Shown: positions 60,189-64,000 of the stretch, piece by piece
How positions within the stretch are numbered: the first letter of the stretch is position 1
Layout of the letters: every line of letters starts with the position of its first letter
Assembly: GCA_024228495.1 (NCBI GenBank)
Contig: JAAETJ010000241.1
Span: 4,627 to 68,626 of the forward strand
Direction of reading: 5' to 3'
DNA from: a bacterium
GTDB lineage: Bacteria > Pseudomonadota > Alphaproteobacteria > Rhizobiales > JAKIUO01
Length of the DNA stretch: 64,000 nucleotides
The notes under the pieces: generated by a model
What the model saw: only the letters and a program-made list of their open reading frames with translations
The model's database searches: none
Told to the model about the DNA's origin: nothing
Made by a program: the position numbers and the translations under genes

Positions 60189-60485
60189 ATTGTCGTTCCC
60201 TCCTTCGGATATCTCTTTTTTTGCTTCTTCAATTTGCTGTGAGGCATTTCCTATCGCGTTTCCCTGAACATCAAATTCAAGAATCGCATCGCCTGCTTCA
60301 AGCTGTATTTCTATCTCATCGAGTCGCTCCAGAGCGGTGAAGTAACGCGCTTGTTCTTCATCTTTTTTTAGTTCTTCAACAGCCTTATTACGCAAATCTT
60401 GAATAGACCTTAGTAAACTTTCCTTATTCAATTCGCTCCTCCTCCGGCGTATCGACTCAATCCCGCAAACCATCGCCATCAACAA
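60189..60485 (-). other. 99-codon stop-free in-frame region upstream of the dsrA start (possible N-terminal extension or translated leader)
   Basis: Same frame as dsrA with no stop codon. It encodes a Glu/Lys/Leu-rich helical sequence. An internal GGAGGAGGAG (60436-60445) precedes an in-frame TTG (60431). Confidence 0.35.
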
Positions 60486-60941
60486 TGAGCGCGCACTATA
60501 TAGGTTGTTTTTGGCCTGACATGGCGCTTAATTCCCATCTCACTGGCTCGCGAAGTTCAACCTCGATATCAGATCGTATGAACCCACATCAAAACAAATC
60601 CTGCACCACATTTTTATCACTTGCAGTCCATTGAATATGCGGTTTATATCATTGAAGTAGAATATTTAAAAGCGCTAATATGAATTTGCATGTAAACTCG
60701 CTGTCAAATAGTCTCAAACAACCAAGCATATGAAGAAAAATTGTAAAAAATGCGTTTATTTACAAAAGGTTATAAAAACAAGAATACAGCTTAAAACAAC
60801 CATTCTTGCGCTGCTATGTGGAAGGATTATCTCCCTTTCAAGCGATACGATATAGTTTGAATTGGCAAAAATGAGGCAATATGTCCCGAATTCTATTTTC
60901 GAGAAAACAGACCGTAACAGGGTATTGGACACAAGTATAAA

Positions 60942-61865
60942 ATGAAACCTGGAACAAAAAAGCAAGCAGCCATCTATCGGCTTGATCGGAGCGAGGTTTA
61001 TAAACATTGGCGCGACGACAAGCTGTCGCATGCCTCGATTGATGCTAGCGAGATACTCGTAGAGATAGAGGATATCAGTGCGCCGAACCCGACTGAAAGC
61101 GCCGAGATCCTCAAGCATTGCTGCCATAATAATATGGCGCTGTACCGCTGCAATAGTGCATGCGACAAAGAACAGGTGGTACGAAACAAGGCCCATGCCT
61201 TTGCCCATCATTTTGGCTTGCACCGGGTCGAACAGCACCGCTCCATGACGCCGGACGGGCTGGTATCAATTGAGATCATCGACAATAGCACGGAGGGCCG
61301 TGCGGGCTTTATCCCCTACACCGACAAACCAATCAGCTGGCACACCGATGGCTACTATAATCCAACGACCTCGCGCATTAAGGCGATGATCCTGCATTGC
61401 GTGCGCTCAGCGCCAGAGGGCGGCATCAATGAGCTATTTGATCCCGAACTCGCTTATATCGCGCTGCGCGACGAAAATCCCGACTATATCAACGCTTTGT
61501 CCCATCGCCGCACTCTGACGATACCAGCTTTCGCGGAAAAGGATGGGACTACACGAGCTCAATCTGTTGGTCCCGTCTTTACCTGGGATCGCTATACCGG
61601 CAATCTCCACATGCGCTTCACCGATCGCAAACGCTATATCGAATGGTGCAAAGATGACATAACAGCCGAAGCTGTCGGTTTTTTGCGCCACGTGCTTGCC
61701 AATGACGATCATGTCCTTAAATATAAAATGAACGCTGGCGAGGGCATTATCTGTAACAATGTCCTGCATAACCGCTCCGCGTTTGAGGACAATAACAAGC
61801 CCGCAGCAGGCCGTCTGCTCATGCGCGCACGCTATCTCGACCGTATTGAGGGTACCTGCGACTGA
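60942..61865 (+). CDS. TauD/TfdA-family Fe(II)/2-oxoglutarate-dependent dioxygenase
   Basis: 307 aa. HxD in ISWHTDGYY, a distal His in VLHNRSAF and an Arg-rich C-terminus. It is divergent from dsrA. Confidence 0.7.
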   Translation: MKPGTKKQAAIYRLDRSEVYKHWRDDKLSHASIDASEILVEIEDISAPNPTESAEILKHCCHNNMALYRCNSACDKEQVVRNKAHAFAHHFGLHRVEQHRSMTPDGLVSIEIIDNSTEGRAGFIPYTDKPISWHTDGYYNPTTSRIKAMILHCVRSAPEGGINELFDPELAYIALRDENPDYINALSHRRTLTIPAFAEKDGTTRAQSVGPVFTWDRYTGNLHMRFTDRKRYIEWCKDDITAEAVGFLRHVLANDDHVLKYKMNAGEGIICNNVLHNRSAFEDNNKPAAGRLLMRARYLDRIEGTCD

Positions 61866-61969
61866 GCGGCGCTTAACAATAGACGCCAACCTTGTTAAAA
61901 TCCCCACAATAGATACGAAAAAAAGGCAACAGCCCCCCTTGGAAGCCTTGCCATAGAAGGGACAAAAAC

Positions 61970-62200
61970 ATGCATTTAAGTGATCTGATTATTTCAAACC
62001 CGGAAGTAACAAATTTTGACGATCTAAAACAACTTATTGTTGCTGCAGCTCAATCTGGTGAACGCTTTTTGCATCTCGATATCAAGCCGGATTATCGCGA
62101 CACACCAAGCAATTGGGAACTCAAGCTGGAAGCTGCGTTCTACTGGGGCGACCAAATCCTCCCGCCAGCCGAAAACGCCGCCAAAAAAGAAAACAAATAG
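61970..62200 (+). CDS. hypothetical small protein (76 aa)
   Basis: GAAGGGA lies 7 nt upstream of the ATG. The product is acidic with a Lys-rich tail and no Cys. No family recognised. Confidence 0.5.
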   Translation: MHLSDLIISNPEVTNFDDLKQLIVAAAQSGERFLHLDIKPDYRDTPSNWELKLEAAFYWGDQILPPAENAAKKENK

Positions 62201-62213
62201 AAGGCTGAAGCAA

Positions 62214-62483
62214 ATGAGCGATGAACGAGCAGGACGACGCATGGGGGGAGCCGAGCTTGAAGGCGTTGGAGAACACAAAGACGAGTTCGCCAGTTTTCAC
62301 GCGCCTTATCGCAATGCCGTTATTACCTTGATCGACAAGCCATCTGATGACGTGCCACTTATGGAAATGCGCATCCGCGAGGGGCGACGTATCACCGTCC
62401 TTGAACTTGATAGTGATACAGCTGAAAATCTCGCCAAGACGCTGCAGTGCTGGGCCGACAAAGTACAAAATAAAGGGGCTTGA
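62214..62483 (+). CDS. hypothetical small protein (89 aa), directly abutting cysG
   Basis: ATG 62214 has GAAGG upstream, and the TGA stop (62481-83) abuts the cysG ATG at 62484. The longer 148-aa track ORF (62037) overlaps the previous gene and is less likely. Confidence 0.55.
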   Translation: MSDERAGRRMGGAELEGVGEHKDEFASFHAPYRNAVITLIDKPSDDVPLMEMRIREGRRITVLELDSDTAENLAKTLQCWADKVQNKGA

Positions 62484-63941
62484 ATGGAATATCTGCCCAT
62501 AAATATTGACCTTAGAGGTCGCAAGGTCATTGTCACAGGTGGCATCACCGGCTCGGCTCGTAAGGTTGACCTGGCACTGCGTGCGGGGGCCAAGGTCACG
62601 GTCCATGCGCAAAAGCTTGGGCCTGACTTTCATGAACTGGTAAAAAACCGTGCCCTCACCCACGTCAATACACGCCTCTGTAGCGACGAGCTTACCGATG
62701 TGGCGCTGATCTTTGCTGCCTGCGAAGAAGTGGACGAAGACAAGCGCATTTTCGATATGGCAAGAGCGGCTGGCGTACTGGTCAATGTGCCTGACAAATC
62801 CGAACTTTGCGATTTCATCATGCCCGCCATTCTGGATCGCAGCCCACTGGTCATCTCTGTTTCCTCGGGCGGTGCCTCCCCTATACTGGCGCGGGTTATC
62901 AAGGCTCGGCTCGAGACCCTGTTCCCCGCTGCTTACGGTCAGCTGGCCAGTTTTGTCAGTCGTTTTCGCGACGATGTCATGGACAATATCAAATCGGGAG
63001 CCGGGCGATTACGCTTTTGGGAAAAAGCCATTGATGGTCCCGTGGCCGATATGGCGCTTTCTGGCGACCTGCGCGGCGCCGAAGAGCAAATGCGTGCCGA
63101 ACTGAAAGCTTCAATTGAAACAGATGGCAAACCTCTGATGGGGGAAGTTTATGTAGTGGGCGCTGGCCCCGGCGATCCCGATCTTTTGACCTTCAAGGCT
63201 CTGCGCCTCATCCAGCGCGCCGATGTGGTGCTTTACGATCGTCTGATCGGTAAGGGATTGCTCAATCTTGTGCGCCGCGATGCCGAGCGGATTTATGTCG
63301 GCAAGCTGCCCAAAGACCATATCATGCACCAGGAAGAAATTACCAAACGCCTTGTGGAGTTCGCCAAACAGGGTAAGCGGGTGTTGCGCCTCAAGGGCGG
63401 TGATCCTTTTATCTTTGGCCGCGGCGGCGAAGAAATCGAAATGCTCGCCGAACATGGGGTACCCTTTCAAGTTGTGCCCGGTGTAACCGCAGCGGCTGGA
63501 TGCTCGTCATATGCGGGCATTCCCCTCACCCACCGCGATCATGCCCAATGCTGCATCTTCGTGACCGGCCATGGCAAGGATGGCAAGGTGGACCTCGACT
63601 GGGAAGCGCTCATCAAGCCCCACCAGACCGTCGCCATTTATATGGGCCTCGCGCAACTGGCGATTTTGACCAGTGAATTTATTGGCAATGGCGCCGACAG
63701 GGATTTACCAGTCGCTGTCATCGACAATGGCACAAGGCACAATCAACGCGTCATCATTGGCACGCTGTCGACCATTGCTGACAAGGTCAAGGATTCTGGC
63801 ATTGAAGGCCCAGCCGTGACCATAGTCGGTACCGTCGTCACTCTGCATGACAAGCTCAAATGGTTCATGCCGGAAAAACAAAGCGCCCGAGCTGCGCAAT
63901 CATCGAGAGATGCCATCCCCGCTCATATAAGTACGAAATAA
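62484..63941 (+). CDS. cysG: sirohaem synthase (precorrin-2 dehydrogenase/ferrochelatase + uroporphyrinogen-III C-methyltransferase)
   Basis: 485 aa. An N-terminal Rossmann/CysG-N part is followed by a C-terminal SUMT part with [12 protein letters not shown] and [15 protein letters not shown]. Confidence 0.9.
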   Translation: MEYLPINIDLRGRKVIVTGGITGSARKVDLALRAGAKVTVHAQKLGPDFHELVKNRALTHVNTRLCSDELTDVALIFAACEEVDEDKRIFDMARAAGVLVNVPDKSELCDFIMPAILDRSPLVISVSSGGASPILARVIKARLETLFPAAYGQLASFVSRFRDDVMDNIKSGAGRLRFWEKAIDGPVADMALSGDLRGAEEQMRAELKASIETDGKPLMGEVYVVGAGPGDPDLLTFKALRLIQRADVVLYDRLIGKGLLNLVRRDAERIYVGKLPKDHIMHQEEITKRLVEFAKQGKRVLRLKGGDPFIFGRGGEEIEMLAEHGVPFQVVPGVTAAAGCSSYAGIPLTHRDHAQCCIFVTGHGKDGKVDLDWEALIKPHQTVAIYMGLAQLAILTSEFIGNGADRDLPVAVIDNGTRHNQRVIIGTLSTIADKVKDSGIEGPAVTIVGTVVTLHDKLKWFMPEKQSARAAQSSRDAIPAHISTK

Positions 63942-64000
63942 CCCACAAAAGAACGGCATGCCCAAGCCAAACATTAGAGACAAGAATGAATATCGTCACT

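Noticed and set aside
60756-61238. A 160-aa minus-strand ORF spanning the dsrA/TauD intergenic region and the TauD-like gene start.
   Set aside because: It overlaps the better-supported plus-strand dioxygenase gene, has an odd composition and no RBS. It is probably spurious.
1-64000. I scanned for CRISPR arrays, tRNA/rRNA genes, transposases, integrases, phage genes and classic defence-system or toxin-antitoxin genes.
   Set aside because: I noticed no regularly spaced direct repeats, no cloverleaf-like sequence in the intergenic regions, and no ORF with recombinase, transposase or recognisable defence-system motifs. The dsr region is not flanked by obvious mobility signatures, apart from the decayed DUF4282-like gene.
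63958-64000. A possible gene start (ATGCCCAAGCCAAAC...) after cysG at the right edge.
   Set aside because: Only 14 codons are visible, which is too short to support any call.

Overview
This window is a chromosomal segment from a moderate-GC Gram-negative bacterium, most likely an alphaproteobacterium. The lineage call is my inference from a GAAC-N7-GAAC LexA box upstream of imuA-imuB-dnaE2, a SAM-II-type riboswitch upstream of metZ, a TIGR02301-like protein, a long-form dcd and the flgE-flgK-flgL order. Most of the window is housekeeping: pfp, cysS, rnhB, truA, dapE, metZ, dcd, ggt, thiOSGE, a flagellar hook module and ycjXF. The standout is 47.0-60.5 kb, a complete oxidative-type dissimilatory sulfite reductase locus, dsrABEFHCMKLJOPN, on the minus strand. 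It is flanked by a divergent operon of a TauD-like gene, two small ORFs and cysG, and by a convergent haem-c DUF3365 protein. The left edge carries the first 22 codons of phosphoribulokinase, divergent from a probable PPi-dependent PFK, which fits a sulfur-oxidising autotroph. The least explained items are a 99-codon stop-free in-frame region upstream of dsrA with its own strong RBS, two SD-preceded small ORFs leading into cysG (the second abutting its ATG), a periplasmic rhodanese-MBL fusion with a degenerate HxHxDH motif, and a 120-bp nested inverted-repeat element between imuB and dnaE2. I saw no CRISPR array, tRNA or rRNA gene, transposase or integrase. I recognised two decayed genes, a GNAT and a DUF4282-like gene. 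All family calls rest on motif recognition by eye and memory; no searches were run.
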